Origin: Tolypothrix carrinoi HA7290-LM1
Lineage (GTDB): Bacteria > Cyanobacteriota > Cyanobacteriia > Cyanobacteriales > Nostocaceae
Reading direction: 5' to 3'
DNA: 37,161 nt
NCBI GenBank assembly: GCA_019358935.1
Contig: JAHHIK010000086.1
Span: 1 to 37,161 of the forward strand
Part shown: piece after piece, positions 1 through 11,156 of the stretch
Layout: each line of letters starts with the position of its first letter
Position numbering within the stretch: position 1 is the stretch's first letter
Translations under genes and position numbers: made by a program
The notes under the pieces: model-generated
Seen by the model: the letters and a program-made list of their open reading frames with translations, nothing else
What the model was told of the DNA's origin: nothing
The model's database searches: none

Positions 1-88
1 CCCCACTCCCTCATCTCCCTCATCTCCCCCCACTCCCTCATCTCCCTCATCTCCCTCATCTCCCTCATCTCCCCCCACTCCCCACTCC
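1..88. repeat. STRR-type tandem array (CCCTCATCT / CCCCACT units)
   Basis: Directly visible 9-mer and 7-mer tandem units downstream of the GNAT gene. Confidence 0.9.
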
Positions 89-583
89 CTACTCCCCACC
101 CCCCAATTTATTCAACGCTTCTTCTGTAACCCGACAAATTCGCCAATCATCTAAAATAGAGGCTCCCATGCTGCGGTAGAATGCGATCGCAGGCTCGTTC
201 CAATCCAAAACACTCCACTCTAACCGTCCACAATTTCTTTGCACGGCTATTTGAGCTAATTTTGTCAACAAAGCTTTCGCAATACCTTTTCGCCGATATT
301 TCGGTAAAACAAACAAATCTTCTAAATAAATTCCTGGTTTGGTGAGAAATGTGGAATAATTATGAAAAAACAGGGCAAAGCCGACAGCTTGCCCTGCATA
401 TTCTGCTAATATCGCTTCAATATATTTATTAGAGCCAAATAAATGCTCTTTTAGAGATTGAGCATTACCAGTGACGGCATGAGATAATTTTTCATACTCT
501 GCCAACGCCTGAATTAATTCAAACAGCACAGTGCAATCTGCTGGTTCAGCAAACCGCAAATTCAAATCGTTATCAAAAGTCAT
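89..583 (-). CDS. GNAT family N-acetyltransferase (diamine/spermidine acetyltransferase-like)
   Basis: YLEDLFV..YRRKGIAKALL acetyl-CoA motif; LEWSVLDWNEPAIAFY motif of SSAT-like GNATs. Confidence 0.9.
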   Translation of the reverse strand: MTFDNDLNLRFAEPADCTVLFELIQALAEYEKLSHAVTGNAQSLKEHLFGSNKYIEAILAEYAGQAVGFALFFHNYSTFLTKPGIYLEDLFVLPKYRRKGIAKALLTKLAQIAVQRNCGRLEWSVLDWNEPAIAFYRSMGASILDDWRICRVTEEALNKLGGGE

Positions 584-713
584 TAGTCAATAGTCCAAAG
601 TTAATAGTCCAAAGTCAATAGTACGATGACCGTTGACTCCTAACTCCCGTACAGACGTTTTGGTTCCTTTTGTCTCTACTTTTAACTCCTAACTCCTAAC
701 TCCTAACTCCTAA

Positions 714-1883
714 CTACACCAACCAACCTTTCAAGCGTTTAGCTATGTGAGGACGCCGCAATTTTCGCATGGCTTTGCTTTGAATTTGTCGCACTCGTTC
801 GCGAGACAAATTAAACATATTGCCTACTTCTTCTAAGGTATACGGTTCGCTGGTAGTCAAACCATACCTAAGAGAAATTACGTCTTTTTCTCGTGGTGTT
901 AAGACATCACCCAAAACTTCCCAAATCTCCTGACGCATCATGTTTTCATTCATTTTTGCTTCGGGAGATTGATTATCTTCGTCTTCTAGCAAATCCATCA
1001 ATTCCGTGTCTTCTTCTTTACCGACGCGGTGGTTGAGAGAAAGTGCTTGCCGACGTAGTTGTTGTAGTTGGCGTAGTTGTGGCAAAGGTATTTCTAAAAC
1101 TTCTGCCATTTCCGCTTCAGTGGGATTGCGACAAAGTTTTTGTTTAAGTTCGCGTTGCGCTTTTTTAAGTTTGTTAAGTTTTTCAACAATATGGATTGGT
1201 AAGCGAATTGTCCGCGCATCATTAGCGATCGCTCGCGTAATTGCTTGTCTAATCCACCAATAAGCGTATGTCGAAAATTTATATCCCTTATCTGGATCGA
1301 ATTTTTCTGTAGCGCGATTTAACCCCATTGCCCCTTCCTGAATTAAATCTAGGAAAGGCACTCCGCGATTGAGATATCGTTTCGCAATTGACACTACCAA
1401 CCGGAGATTTGAGCGAATCATTTTCCGCTTCGCTACTCTACCTTGATACAAGCGACTTTCTAGTTGCTTTTCGGTCATTTCTAGTGAGGATGCGACTTTT
1501 TCCTTACTAGCTTGTTCACCCAATTTTTCGCTCAACGAAGCTTGTAATTCCCTTACTTCTTCATTAAACCGCACTCGCCGCGCTAATTCTACTTCTTCGT
1601 CGGCTTTAAGTAAAGGATAACGCGCCATTTCTTTAAAAAACGCGCCGACAGCATCATCATGCTCGGTTTTATTATATCCGGATGGTCGCGCTGCCGCCAT
1701 TTGATCGCCATCGCGTTCATCTGTTTCTACTAAAGTTTCCGCGATCGCGCTATATTCATCTGCTACTGCTTCTAGTTCGAGTGGTACTTCACTCTCTACA
1801 GCATTTTCTACTAGTAATTCCATTGTTCCCAATTCAGCAATATTCATAGTTTCCTTAAGAGATTGTTGCTTTGTTTGGTACAT
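714..1883 (-). CDS. sigE: Group 2 sigma-70 factor, SigE-like; likely start MYQTKQQ at 1883
   Basis: Regions 1.2 (DAVGAFFKEMARYPLL), 2 (NLRLVVSIAKRY, KFSTYAYWWIRQAITRAIA) and 4 (TLEEVG..SRERVRQI). The sigE name is inferred from the priA-kdp neighbourhood recalled for Anabaena. Confidence 0.85.
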   Translation of the reverse strand: MYQTKQQSLKETMNIAELGTMELLVENAVESEVPLELEAVADEYSAIAETLVETDERDGDQMAAARPSGYNKTEHDDAVGAFFKEMARYPLLKADEEVELARRVRFNEEVRELQASLSEKLGEQASKEKVASSLEMTEKQLESRLYQGRVAKRKMIRSNLRLVVSIAKRYLNRGVPFLDLIQEGAMGLNRATEKFDPDKGYKFSTYAYWWIRQAITRAIANDARTIRLPIHIVEKLNKLKKAQRELKQKLCRNPTEAEMAEVLEIPLPQLRQLQQLRRQALSLNHRVGKEEDTELMDLLEDEDNQSPEAKMNENMMRQEIWEVLGDVLTPREKDVISLRYGLTTSEPYTLEEVGNMFNLSRERVRQIQSKAMRKLRRPHIAKRLKGWLV

Positions 1884-2541
1884 AATTAAATGACAGCTGC
1901 TTTTTATTGAGGTTTGGTAGTTTTCCCAACAGAACAAATGCACCTGTCTTACAGCAAAATATAGGTTTCTGCTAATGTCTCATTTAACGCGACATTCAGT
2001 CTGTATCTTTCATTTCATACTTCCTGTTACATATAATTCAAAAATCAATACTGGTATTTGCACTTGGAAATATCTACTTGCATCAACACATATATTCCTC
2101 ATTATGTTTGTTTATTAGCAAATCTGTGAAATTTTCAAACTTTATCAACCTTAACAAATATAAATATTTTTCGTAATCATCCTTAAACCTTAAATCTTCC
2201 TATATTTTTCTCTACCTTTTTATTTTTTATGCCTTCCTTCTTGGTTAAATACTTCAGAGTCTTCTTTTTGGTGTTAATGCAACCGCCGCCAACTTCCGAA
2301 TGAAAATACTAATATGTCTTCCGTCTAAACTTGAGCTATATTTCTGTTGAATTACAGCATCCCATATACTGAAAGGGCTGAATATCTATCAATAGGTGGA
2401 AAAGCCCTATACCTTACTTAGTATATGGAGACAGCTTTTAGAAGTAAGCGAAGATGATTTGATTTTTTTTTAGATCGGACATTAAATATTTATTTGCGTC
2501 TGGAGTTGAGATTAGTTTGACCGATAAATTACATAAGAGGA

Positions 2542-2583
2542 AACTTATCAAGTATTATAAGGGATAAAAGTATTGCGAAATAC
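2542..2583 (-). promoter_or_regulatory. Putative NtcA-activated promoter (GTA-N8-TAC, N22, TAN3T) directed toward the sigma factor gene
   Basis: GTATTGCGAAATAC at 2570-2583; on the minus strand TAAGTT (2547-2542) lies exactly 22 nt after TAC. Confidence 0.55.
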
Positions 2584-2675
2584 AATTTGTCTTAATAAAT
2601 GGCAAAAGTTAAAGTTAATTTAGAAGAGTGAATTCTGACCAAACACGTAAATAACAGTCTATTAATTCAAAAGCT

Positions 2676-5345
2676 ATGTATAGTAATGGCGTAAGTTTAT
2701 TTCCATTGGTAGTAGCCGAACCGAGTAGTCCATACGAATCGGGCAAAGCTGTTGAGCGGTGGGTCGAAGTGCTGGTAGACTTTGTTGACTATTCAAAAGA
2801 AGTAACAGAAGAAGAAAAAGAGGAAAAAGAAGAAAAACTGTATACGTATCGAGTCCCAGATGGGTTAAATGTAAAACCCGGAGATATTTTAAGTGTGCCA
2901 TTTGGGGTACAGCAACTAGGAGCGATCGCTATTCGTTTGCTAGCAGAACCGCCAGCCAAACTAGCACAGGAAAAAATCAAGGAAGTGGCAGATGTTGTCC
3001 AGAGAGATTTTTTTGGAGATAACTACTGGACTTTGATTGAACGGGTTTCAAAATATTATTACACACCATTAATAAAAGTGGTACGCACAGCGTTGCCACC
3101 TGGGTTAGTAGGGCGATCGCAGCATCGCCTTCGCCTCAAGCGAGAAAACATTCCCAACGGTGCAGAGGAATTTCTTGGTTCAACAGCAGCGCGTCAAATA
3201 CTAAAAATGCTTGAGTCTCAAGCGGATGGGGACTATAGCTTCAAATACCTCAAGCCTAAGGTAAAAGGATTTCGCAGGGGAAAGGAACAATTACTCAAAC
3301 GCGATTGGGTGGAAAGTTATGTGGAACTACCTAGTTCCCCTCGTCCCAAGATGAAACCAGCAGTGACACTAATAGATGATGGGTTTTACATTGATTTAAA
3401 CAAGCGTCAGCGAGAAATTTTAAAAGTACTACGCGATCGCGGTGGTGAATTTTGGCTTTCGGAATTTATCCAAATATGTAAAACAAGTATTTCCACCTTG
3501 AAAACGCTGGAGCAAAAAGGCTGTATAGTCATTGATGAGCGCGAAGTATTAAGAACCGAAAGTGGTCCGGTTGTAGTCGGCGACCAAGCGAAATCATTAA
3601 CACAAGCTCAATCGCAAGCGTTAGCGACAATAAATCAACTAAATGGATATGCTCAAGTTTTATTGCATGGAGTAACAGGTTCCGGAAAAACCGAAGTATA
3701 TTTGCAAGCGATCGCACCCCTACTCAATCAAAATAAATCCGCCCTCGTTTTAGTTCCAGAAATTGGACTTACACCGCAATTAACCGATCGCTTTCGCGCT
3801 AGATTTGGTAACAAAGTCAGCGTTTATCACAGTGCCCTAAATGACGGTGAACGTTACGACACCTGGCGACAAATGCTCACAGGAGAACCACAAGTAGTCA
3901 TCGGCACGCGAAGCGCCGTTTTTGCACCTTTGCCAAACTTGGGTTTAATCATCTTAGACGAAGAACACGACAGCAGCTTTAAACAAGACTCACCCATCCC
4001 CACCTACCATGCTCGAACCGTCGCGCAGTGGCGAGCCGAATTAGAAAATTGTCCCTTAATTTTAGGTTCCGCTACCCCTTCGTTAGAAAGTTGGTTGAGC
4101 GTCAGGGAAGGGAGAGGGGGACAAGGGGGACAAGGGGCACACGGGGCACAAGGGGGACAAGGAGGACAAGGAGGACAAGGGGGACAAGGAGGACAAGGAA
4201 GCATCTTTTCTCCCTTGTCTCCCTTGTCTCCCCCCTCCCCCCCCTCCCCCCCTCCCCCCTCCCACTACCTCCCCCTGCCCGAACGCATTTACTCTCGTCC
4301 TTTACCGCCGGTGGAAGTGGTGGATATGCGACTAGAGTTGCAGCAGGGAAATCGTTCTATATTTAGTAAGTCGCTACAATCGGCTTTGCTAGAGTTACGA
4401 GAAAGGCGACAACAGGGAATTTTATTTATCCATCGTCGGGGACACAGTACTTTTGTATCTTGCCGCAGTTGCGGATATGTGCTGGAATGTCCTCATTGTG
4501 ATGTTTCGCTAGCGTATCACCATACTGAAGAGGGTGCGCCGCAATTATTGCGCTGTCATTACTGTAATTTTGCGCGATCGCATCCTCAAAATTGCCCCGA
4601 ATGCAGTTCGCCTTACTTAAAATTCTTTGGTAGCGGTACGCAGCGAGTCGCCCAAGAATTAGCGCGACAGTTTCCCGAATTGCGTTTCATTCGGTTTGAT
4701 AGCGATACCACCCGCAATAAAGGGGCACATCGCACGCTGTTAACTAAATTTGCTAACGGTGAAGCTGAATTGTTAGTGGGTACGCAAATGCTCACCAAAG
4801 GATTAGATTTGCCTCAAGTCACATTAGTCGGGGTTGTTGCGGCTGATGGCTTGTTAAATTTATCAGATTATCGTGCCAGCGAACGCGCATTTCAAACTTT
4901 AACCCAAGTAGCCGGACGTGCTGGTAGAGGAGACGATCCTGGTAAGGCAATTATTCAAACTTACACACCAGAACATCCAGTAATTGAAGCAGTGCAAAGG
5001 CATGATTATGAGTCTTTTATTCATCCCGAATTAGAACAAAGACAAGCTTTAAATTATCCTCCTTATGGGAGATTGATTTTATTGCGCTTAAGTAGTCTAG
5101 ATGCAATAAGCGTGCAAAACGCCGCGCAAATCATCGCTACAGCTTTGAATTCAAAAGAGGGATTTGAAATATTGGGACCCGCACCCGCGAGTATTTTAAG
5201 AGTAGCAAATCGTTATCGCTGGCAGATATTAATTAAGTTTGCTCCCGATGCTTTGCCACAATTGCCAGATTGGGAAGAAGTGCGATCGCTTTGTCCTTCC
5301 AGTGTTAGTTTAACAATCGATGTAGACCCATTACATATGATGTAA
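2676..5345 (+). CDS. priA: Primosomal protein N' (replication restart helicase) with an in-frame low-complexity insertion
   Basis: GVTGSGKT Walker A, VPEIGLTPQL, DEEHD, GSATP, four CxxC zinc motifs, QVAGRAGR, IDVDP C-terminus. Confidence 0.97.
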   Translation: MYSNGVSLFPLVVAEPSSPYESGKAVERWVEVLVDFVDYSKEVTEEEKEEKEEKLYTYRVPDGLNVKPGDILSVPFGVQQLGAIAIRLLAEPPAKLAQEKIKEVADVVQRDFFGDNYWTLIERVSKYYYTPLIKVVRTALPPGLVGRSQHRLRLKRENIPNGAEEFLGSTAARQILKMLESQADGDYSFKYLKPKVKGFRRGKEQLLKRDWVESYVELPSSPRPKMKPAVTLIDDGFYIDLNKRQREILKVLRDRGGEFWLSEFIQICKTSISTLKTLEQKGCIVIDEREVLRTESGPVVVGDQAKSLTQAQSQALATINQLNGYAQVLLHGVTGSGKTEVYLQAIAPLLNQNKSALVLVPEIGLTPQLTDRFRARFGNKVSVYHSALNDGERYDTWRQMLTGEPQVVIGTRSAVFAPLPNLGLIILDEEHDSSFKQDSPIPTYHARTVAQWRAELENCPLILGSATPSLESWLSVREGRGGQGGQGAHGAQGGQGGQGGQGGQGGQGSIFSPLSPLSPPSPPSPPPPSHYLPLPERIYSRPLPPVEVVDMRLELQQGNRSIFSKSLQSALLELRERRQQGILFIHRRGHSTFVSCRSCGYVLECPHCDVSLAYHHTEEGAPQLLRCHYCNFARSHPQNCPECSSPYLKFFGSGTQRVAQELARQFPELRFIRFDSDTTRNKGAHRTLLTKFANGEAELLVGTQMLTKGLDLPQVTLVGVVAADGLLNLSDYRASERAFQTLTQVAGRAGRGDDPGKAIIQTYTPEHPVIEAVQRHDYESFIHPELEQRQALNYPPYGRLILLRLSSLDAISVQNAAQIIATALNSKEGFEILGPAPASILRVANRYRWQILIKFAPDALPQLPDWEEVRSLCPSSVSLTIDVDPLHMM
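4105..4263. repeat. In-frame GGACAAGG(A/G) array followed by a complementary CCTTGTCT/C-rich array inside priA
   Basis: Translates as GQGGQG...[12 protein letters not shown] after the GSATP motif. Confidence 0.9.
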
Positions 5346-5478
5346 ATATCGCATTCAGTTGAATATTTATCGTATATCAATACCTTGTAGAGACGTTCCG
5401 CAAAGAACGTCTCTTCTCGTAGTGGGGACTTTAGTACCCAAAAATCGCTCGCGCGATCGCCTGGTTCAAATTTACTAA

Positions 5479-5594
5479 TACAGCAATTTTCATGTATTTA
5501 GACCACACTTTTCTTCCTTTCTTTCTTCCTTTGCGCCTTTGCGCCTTTGCGTGAGATAAAAATAATGTGGTTCATTTAGGTGAAAATCGCTGTA
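5479..5594. mobile_element. Degenerate TA-flanked MITE (112 bp between the TA dinucleotides)
   Basis: TACAGCAATTTTCATGTATTTAGACCACA versus the reverse complement of the right end TACAGCGATTTTCACCTAAATGAACCACA (22/29 match). Confidence 0.6.
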
Positions 5595-6005
5595 AGTTTA
5601 TTTTTGCGTACTTACTTTTTTTCCCAAAATCTTGAATATGCAATATAATTTTTCGCTACACCTTCCTGACTTGTTATCATCGCCAATAATACGTGTAAAC
5701 TTATACTAAAAAATAATGTATCTAATTTGACAAAAATCTCAATTATTCTCTGTTTGAAAGTAACAAATGTAAACGTAAACAATATGATATGGAAGATAAA
5801 TGAATAGAAGTAAAATTTAAGTATTCTTGTCGGACAGTTCAAAAAATCTCTGAAAATTAGTAATAACACAGAAGAGGAAATCTAGTATAAAAAATTGAAG
5901 TGATAAAAAATATCGCGGTTTAACCGCCAAATAAAATTCACACTCCTGTTAAATTTAATCTTTCAGCATCGGCTTGTAGGTACTTGAAAAAAGTAAAGGA
6001 AATAC

Positions 6006-7703
6006 ATGGTACAAGGTTTGTTGCAAATTGGGCTAACGCTCTGCATTGTTATAGGAATAACTCCGCTTCTGGGTAAATACATAGCGCGTGTCTTCTTAGG
6101 AGAAAAAACGCTACTTGACTTAGTAATGCAGCCTGTAGAGAGACTTATTTATACATTAGCAGGTGTCCGCAAGCAAGATAACATGACTGGTTGGCAATAT
6201 GCGCGGGCAATACTGTACAGTAATTTTGTTATGGGCGTTTTCGTATGTCTGTTAATAGCGCTTCAGAAATTCTTGCCTTTCAATCCGACGCGGTTAGGAA
6301 TGCCTACTTGGGATACAGTGTTACACACTGCGATTTCATTTCTGACAAATACCGATCAGCAACATTACGCCGGCGAAACAACCTTAAGTTATTTCAGCCA
6401 GACAGCAGCTTTAGGCTTTTTGATGTTTACCTCAGCAGCGACGGGGTTAGCGGTAGGAATAGCCTTTATTCGCGGTTTAACAGGTAGACCTTTGGGAAAT
6501 TTTTACGTTGATCTGACTCGTGGCATCACACGGATTTTACTACCAATTTCGGTGATTGGAGCGATCGCCTTACTTTTAACAGGTGTACCGCAAACATTAG
6601 CTGCACCGCAAGTTGTCAGAACCCTCGAAGGAAGTACGCAGTACATCGCCAGAGGTCCGGTAGCATCATTTGAGATAATCAAACAACTAGGCGAAAATGG
6701 CGGCGGTTTTTTTGGAGTTAACTCAGCACATCCCTTTGAAAACCCAAATGGCGTTTCTAATTTAATCGAAGAAATCGCCATGATTTCGATTCCAGCGGCA
6801 TTGATTTATACCTACGGTTTATTTGCCAACAACACCAAACAAGCTTGGCGGCTTTTTTGGATGGTATTTGTAATTTTTGTAGTTTTAGTTTGCATCACAG
6901 TCGGCGGTGAACTGCAAGGAAATCCTTTAATTAATACTGCCTTAGGAACAGACCAGCCGAATTTAGAAGGCAAAGAAATAAGATTTGGCTGGGCGCAAAC
7001 TGCATTATGGGCAGTCATGACCACTGCAACTATGTGCGGCGCTGTCAACGGTATGCACGATTCTCTCATGCCGGGTGGTGGCTTTTCAACCCTTTTCAAC
7101 TTATTTTTGCAGATTATTTGGGGCGGTCAAGGAACAGGCACCGCTTACTTATTCATTTACCTAATTCTCACCGTATTTTTAACTGGGCTGATGGTGGGAC
7201 GCACCCCTGAATTTTTCGGACGCAAAATAGAAAAGCGAGAAATCGTCCTTGCTAGCATAGTTTTGCTGGTTCATCCAATTGTAGTTTTAATTCCCAGCGC
7301 GATCGCCTTAGCTTCCCCCAACACTTTATCTGGAATTACCAACCCAGGTTTTCACGGTATCTCCCAAGTAGTGTACGAATACGCTTCAGCTGCGGCTAAC
7401 AACGGTTCTGGGTTTGCAGGGTTAGCTAATAGCCAACCTGCACCTACAGCTTTATGGTGGAACTTAAGTACCTGTGTGAGCATCTTAGTAGGACGCTACG
7501 TACCAATTATCGCCATCCTACTTTTAGCTGACAGTATGGCACATAAACAAACAGTGGCAGAAACCCCCGGTACCCTAAGAACCGATTCTCTGCTATTTAC
7601 TAGTGTTACCGCTGGAGTAATTCTGATTTTAGGAGTACTGACATTCTTCCCCGTTTTAGCATTAGGTCCGATCGCCGAAGGATTTAAACTCGCAGTCCGG
7701 TAG
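6006..7703 (+). CDS. kdpA: K+-transporting ATPase subunit A
   Basis: [43 protein letters not shown] motifs; multi-TM. Confidence 0.97.
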   Translation: MVQGLLQIGLTLCIVIGITPLLGKYIARVFLGEKTLLDLVMQPVERLIYTLAGVRKQDNMTGWQYARAILYSNFVMGVFVCLLIALQKFLPFNPTRLGMPTWDTVLHTAISFLTNTDQQHYAGETTLSYFSQTAALGFLMFTSAATGLAVGIAFIRGLTGRPLGNFYVDLTRGITRILLPISVIGAIALLLTGVPQTLAAPQVVRTLEGSTQYIARGPVASFEIIKQLGENGGGFFGVNSAHPFENPNGVSNLIEEIAMISIPAALIYTYGLFANNTKQAWRLFWMVFVIFVVLVCITVGGELQGNPLINTALGTDQPNLEGKEIRFGWAQTALWAVMTTATMCGAVNGMHDSLMPGGGFSTLFNLFLQIIWGGQGTGTAYLFIYLILTVFLTGLMVGRTPEFFGRKIEKREIVLASIVLLVHPIVVLIPSAIALASPNTLSGITNPGFHGISQVVYEYASAAANNGSGFAGLANSQPAPTALWWNLSTCVSILVGRYVPIIAILLLADSMAHKQTVAETPGTLRTDSLLFTSVTAGVILILGVLTFFPVLALGPIAEGFKLAVR

Positions 7704-7767
7704 CTAGAGATGGGGAGACAAGGGGACAAGGGTTTTTGAAGAGGGGGAAAGGGGAAAGGGGAAAGGG

Positions 7768-7812
7768 GAGGCAGTGCGTTGCGTATTTTCCCCCCGTTGT
7801 AGCACCTGCCGT
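7768..7812 (-). repeat. 45-nt ACG...CTC inserted element (copy 1)
   Basis: Minus strand ACGGCAGGTGCTACAACGGGGGGAAAATACGCAACGCACTGCCTC interrupting a GAAAGGG array. Confidence 0.7.
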
Positions 7813-7831
7813 GAAAGGGAAAGAATTATTA

Positions 7832-7981
7832 CCAATGCCCTATGCCCCATGCCCAATGCCCAATGCCCAATGCCCAATGCCCAATGCCCAATGCCCAATG
7901 CCCCATGCCCAATGCCCCATGCCCAATGCCCCATGCCCAATGCCCAATGCCCCATGCCCAATGCCCCACTCCCCACTCCCC
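7832..7981. repeat. STRR array (TGCCCAA/TGCCCCA)n between kdpA and kdpB
   Basis: About 20 heptamer units visible. Confidence 0.95.
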
Positions 7982-7987
7982 AAATAC

Positions 7988-10093
7988 ATGAATCCCGTAG
8001 CAACTACTTCTAAAAATAAACCTCCACGTTCTCTCAAGAGCGATCGCCGTCAATCGCCGAAAAAGTCTAAAGTAAATAATAAAGGACTTTATCTAAGAGC
8101 AGTTAAAGATGCTTTTGTCAAGCTCAATCCCAAATATGCAATCAAAAACCCAGTCATGTTTTTGGTTTGGGTAGGCACAATTATTACTCTTTTAGTCACG
8201 ATTGATCCTTATTTATTTGGACAAGTCCCAGGCGAGAATTTACAACGTTTTAACGGCTTGATTACCGGGATTTTATTCTTTACTGTCTGGTTTGCCAATT
8301 TTGCGGAAGCCGTCGCGGAAGGACGCGGTAAAGCTCAAGCTGATGCTTTGCGCTCAACTAAGTCAGAAACTCTCGCCAGAAAACTCTCCCCTGATGGCTC
8401 AATTACCGAAGTACCTTCCACCAGCCTCAGACAAAGTGATACTGTATATGTAGTTGCAGGTGATATTATTCCCGCCGATGGAGAAGTGATTATGGGTGTC
8501 GCTTCGGTGGATGAATCGGCAATTACTGGCGAATCTGCACCAGTATTGAAAGAATCAGGCTCGGATGTTGCTAGTTCAGTTACTGGCGGTACACGGATCA
8601 TTTCCGATGAATTAATTATCCGAATTACAGCCGACCCAGGTAAAGGCTTTATTGACCGGATGATCGCTTTGGTGGAAGGTGCAGAACGCAGCAAAACACC
8701 GAATGAAATTGCTTTGACGGTGTTATTGGCAGTTCTTACCTTAGTGTTTTTATTTGTTGTGGTGACATTGCCTGCGATCGCCTTTTATGTCAAAAGTTCA
8801 ATTAGCGTACCAATTTTAATTGCTTTGTTGGTGGCATTAATCCCGACAACCATCGGCGGTTTGCTGAGTGCGATCGGTATTGCCGGTATGGATCGAGTTG
8901 CCCAATTTAACGTTATTGCCACTTCCGGACGAGCAGTAGAAGCCTGCGGTGACGTTAACACCTTAGTTCTCGATAAAACAGGTACAATTACTCTTGGCAA
9001 CCGCTTGGCAGAAGAATTTATCCCAATCAACGGTCACTCAGTCGAGGAAATTGCCAGCGTAGCTTTGGCAGCTAGCGTCTTTGATGATACACCAGAGGGA
9101 AAATCAATTGTCCGGCTGGCTGAAAAGTTCGGGGCAAAAGTTGAATTTGACCGCAATCAGTCAGAACCCGTTGACTTTTCCGCCAAAACGCGCATGAGTG
9201 GTACTAACTTACCAGGTGGATATCAAGCGCGGAAGGGAGCAGTAGGAGCAATTCAAGGATTTGTGCGTTCCCGTAACGGACAAGATTCCCCAGAACTTAA
9301 CGCTGCTTACGAACAAGTTTCCCTACAGGGAGGTACACCCTTAGCCGTTTGCCTAGATCGGGAAATTTACGGCATCATCTATCTTAAAGATATCGTCAAA
9401 CCCGGTCTTCGCGAACGTTTTGACCAGTTGCGACGCATGGGTGTGCGTACCATCATGCTGACCGGCGACAACCGGATTACCGCTTCTGTAATTGCTACTG
9501 AAGCTGGAGTTGATGACTTTATTGCCGAAGCAACACCAGAAGATAAAATTTACGTTATTCAAAGCGAACAGGCAAAAGGCAAACTTGTAGCGATGACGGG
9601 AGACGGTACTAACGATGCTCCCGCTCTTGCTCAAGCGAATGTCGGGGTAGCAATGAATACTGGTACTCAGGCAGCCAAAGAAGCGGCAAACATGGTAGAT
9701 TTGGACTCCGATCCCACCAAGCTAATTGATATCGTTTCTATTGGTAAACAATTGCTGATTACTCGTGGAGCGTTGACTACATTTTCCCTCGCCAATGATA
9801 TTGCTAAATATTTTGCGATTATCCCAGTGCTATTTGCTACTGCTAATTTGCAAAGTTTGAATATTATGAAATTGACCAGTACTAATTCTGCAATACTGTC
9901 AGCGTTGATTTACAATGCTTTGATTATTCCGGCTTTGATTCCTTTGGCGTTACGGGGTGTGAAGTTTAGACCGCTAACTGCAAATAAATTGCTACAACGT
10001 AATATCTTAATTTATGGGTTGGGTGGGGTGATTGCACCATTTATTGCGATTAAATTGATTGACATGTTGATTACGGTGGTAGGGTTAGCGTGA
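7988..10093 (+). CDS. kdpB: K+-transporting P-type ATPase subunit B; likely start ATG 7988
   Basis: [25 protein letters not shown] phosphorylation site, [13 protein letters not shown]. The upstream ORF extension is repeat-derived. Confidence 0.97.
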   Translation: MNPVATTSKNKPPRSLKSDRRQSPKKSKVNNKGLYLRAVKDAFVKLNPKYAIKNPVMFLVWVGTIITLLVTIDPYLFGQVPGENLQRFNGLITGILFFTVWFANFAEAVAEGRGKAQADALRSTKSETLARKLSPDGSITEVPSTSLRQSDTVYVVAGDIIPADGEVIMGVASVDESAITGESAPVLKESGSDVASSVTGGTRIISDELIIRITADPGKGFIDRMIALVEGAERSKTPNEIALTVLLAVLTLVFLFVVVTLPAIAFYVKSSISVPILIALLVALIPTTIGGLLSAIGIAGMDRVAQFNVIATSGRAVEACGDVNTLVLDKTGTITLGNRLAEEFIPINGHSVEEIASVALAASVFDDTPEGKSIVRLAEKFGAKVEFDRNQSEPVDFSAKTRMSGTNLPGGYQARKGAVGAIQGFVRSRNGQDSPELNAAYEQVSLQGGTPLAVCLDREIYGIIYLKDIVKPGLRERFDQLRRMGVRTIMLTGDNRITASVIATEAGVDDFIAEATPEDKIYVIQSEQAKGKLVAMTGDGTNDAPALAQANVGVAMNTGTQAAKEAANMVDLDSDPTKLIDIVSIGKQLLITRGALTTFSLANDIAKYFAIIPVLFATANLQSLNIMKLTSTNSAILSALIYNALIIPALIPLALRGVKFRPLTANKLLQRNILIYGLGGVIAPFIAIKLIDMLITVVGLA

Positions 10094-10225
10094 GGCTTGA
10101 TTTTTTGATTGTAGAGATGTTGTAGTTAATGTCTTTACAATTAAGTGCAGTAGCAAGAGAACGAACCGCGTTCGCGGAGCGTCTCGAAGAGAAGGGCGCA
10201 AAGGACGCAAAGAAATAAGAAAGTT

Positions 10226-10492
10226 ATGAAAAGAGTTAATTTAGAATATAAGTTTTTAGCAATGGATGCAGTGCAGGCAATTTTGTTTGTTTGGTGGCGA
10301 TGGTATAAACAAAAATTGCCGCTCGTTCTTTTTATCGTTCTGTGTTTGAATTTGTTAGTTGCTCCAGTTGTTTATGCTGCTGATGGCAATTTGGAACGTC
10401 GTTCGGCTTGGGCGATCGGCGTTTTAGGATTTGTAACTGTGGCACTTATAATTTACTTATTTGATGTCATTTTTCGCCCCGAACGCTATTAA
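10226..10492 (+). CDS. kdpF: Small hydrophobic Kdp subunit (KdpG-type with a KdpF-like C-terminus)
   Basis: Two hydrophobic segments; C-terminal LIIYLFDVIFRPERY resembles KdpF; lies between kdpB and kdpC. Confidence 0.75.
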   Translation: MKRVNLEYKFLAMDAVQAILFVWWRWYKQKLPLVLFIVLCLNLLVAPVVYAADGNLERRSAWAIGVLGFVTVALIIYLFDVIFRPERY

Positions 10493-10543
10493 TTGGGCAA
10501 CCGACAAAATTAAAGTAAATATTAGAGGTTTTAAACAAATTTT

Positions 10544-11149
10544 ATGTCTATTGTGAGAGAAGCTATCAGAGCAATTCGCATTACTTTGGTTCTCTGGTTG
10601 CTGACAGCAATTATTTATCCTTTATTTATTCTTTTGATAGCTCAAGTTCCCTTGCTTCAAGAAAAGGCTAATGGCAGTATCATCTATAATTTCAAAGATG
10701 AACCAATTGGTTCGGCTTTGATTGGACAACAGTTCAGAGATGAGCGCTATTTTCATGGTCGTCCCAGTACGGTGAGATACAGCCAAGGAAAACAAGCCAA
10801 ACCAACCGGCATATCTGGCGCCAGCAATCTCGCTCCCAGTAATCCAGAATTGCTCAAACGAATTGTAGAGCAAGCAAATCAACTCAAAGACGAGAATATT
10901 CAACCACTCGCCGATTTAATTTATACATCTGGTTCGGGTTTAGACCCACATATATCAATAAAAGCAGCGCGGGAGCAGTTAGATCGAGTTGCTCGCGCTC
11001 GTAGTGTCCGCGAAGATGAAATAAGTCCTTTACTTGATAAGTATACTGATAAAAGATTTTTAGGGATTTTTGGAGAGCCTGGAGTTAATGTTTTGCGATT
11101 GAATTACGCTCTCGACCTCCAAGAACTTAATCGCAGGCAAAATCAATAA
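10544..11149 (+). CDS. kdpC: K+-transporting ATPase subunit C
   Basis: GSALIGQQF, YFHGRPS, SGASNLAPSN, SGSGLDPHIS, VNVLRLNYALD. Confidence 0.97.
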   Translation: MSIVREAIRAIRITLVLWLLTAIIYPLFILLIAQVPLLQEKANGSIIYNFKDEPIGSALIGQQFRDERYFHGRPSTVRYSQGKQAKPTGISGASNLAPSNPELLKRIVEQANQLKDENIQPLADLIYTSGSGLDPHISIKAAREQLDRVARARSVREDEISPLLDKYTDKRFLGIFGEPGVNVLRLNYALDLQELNRRQNQ

Positions 11150-11156
11150 ATGATAA

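Noticed and set aside
4004..4366. Pro/Cys-rich and GTR-repeat ORFs overlapping priA
   Set aside because: Alternative frames of the repeat insertion inside priA
7704..8053. ORFs such as GIGHWALG.../PMPNAQC... and the 84-aa N-terminal extension of KdpB
   Set aside because: They are translations of heptamer arrays; the plausible kdpB start is ATG 7988
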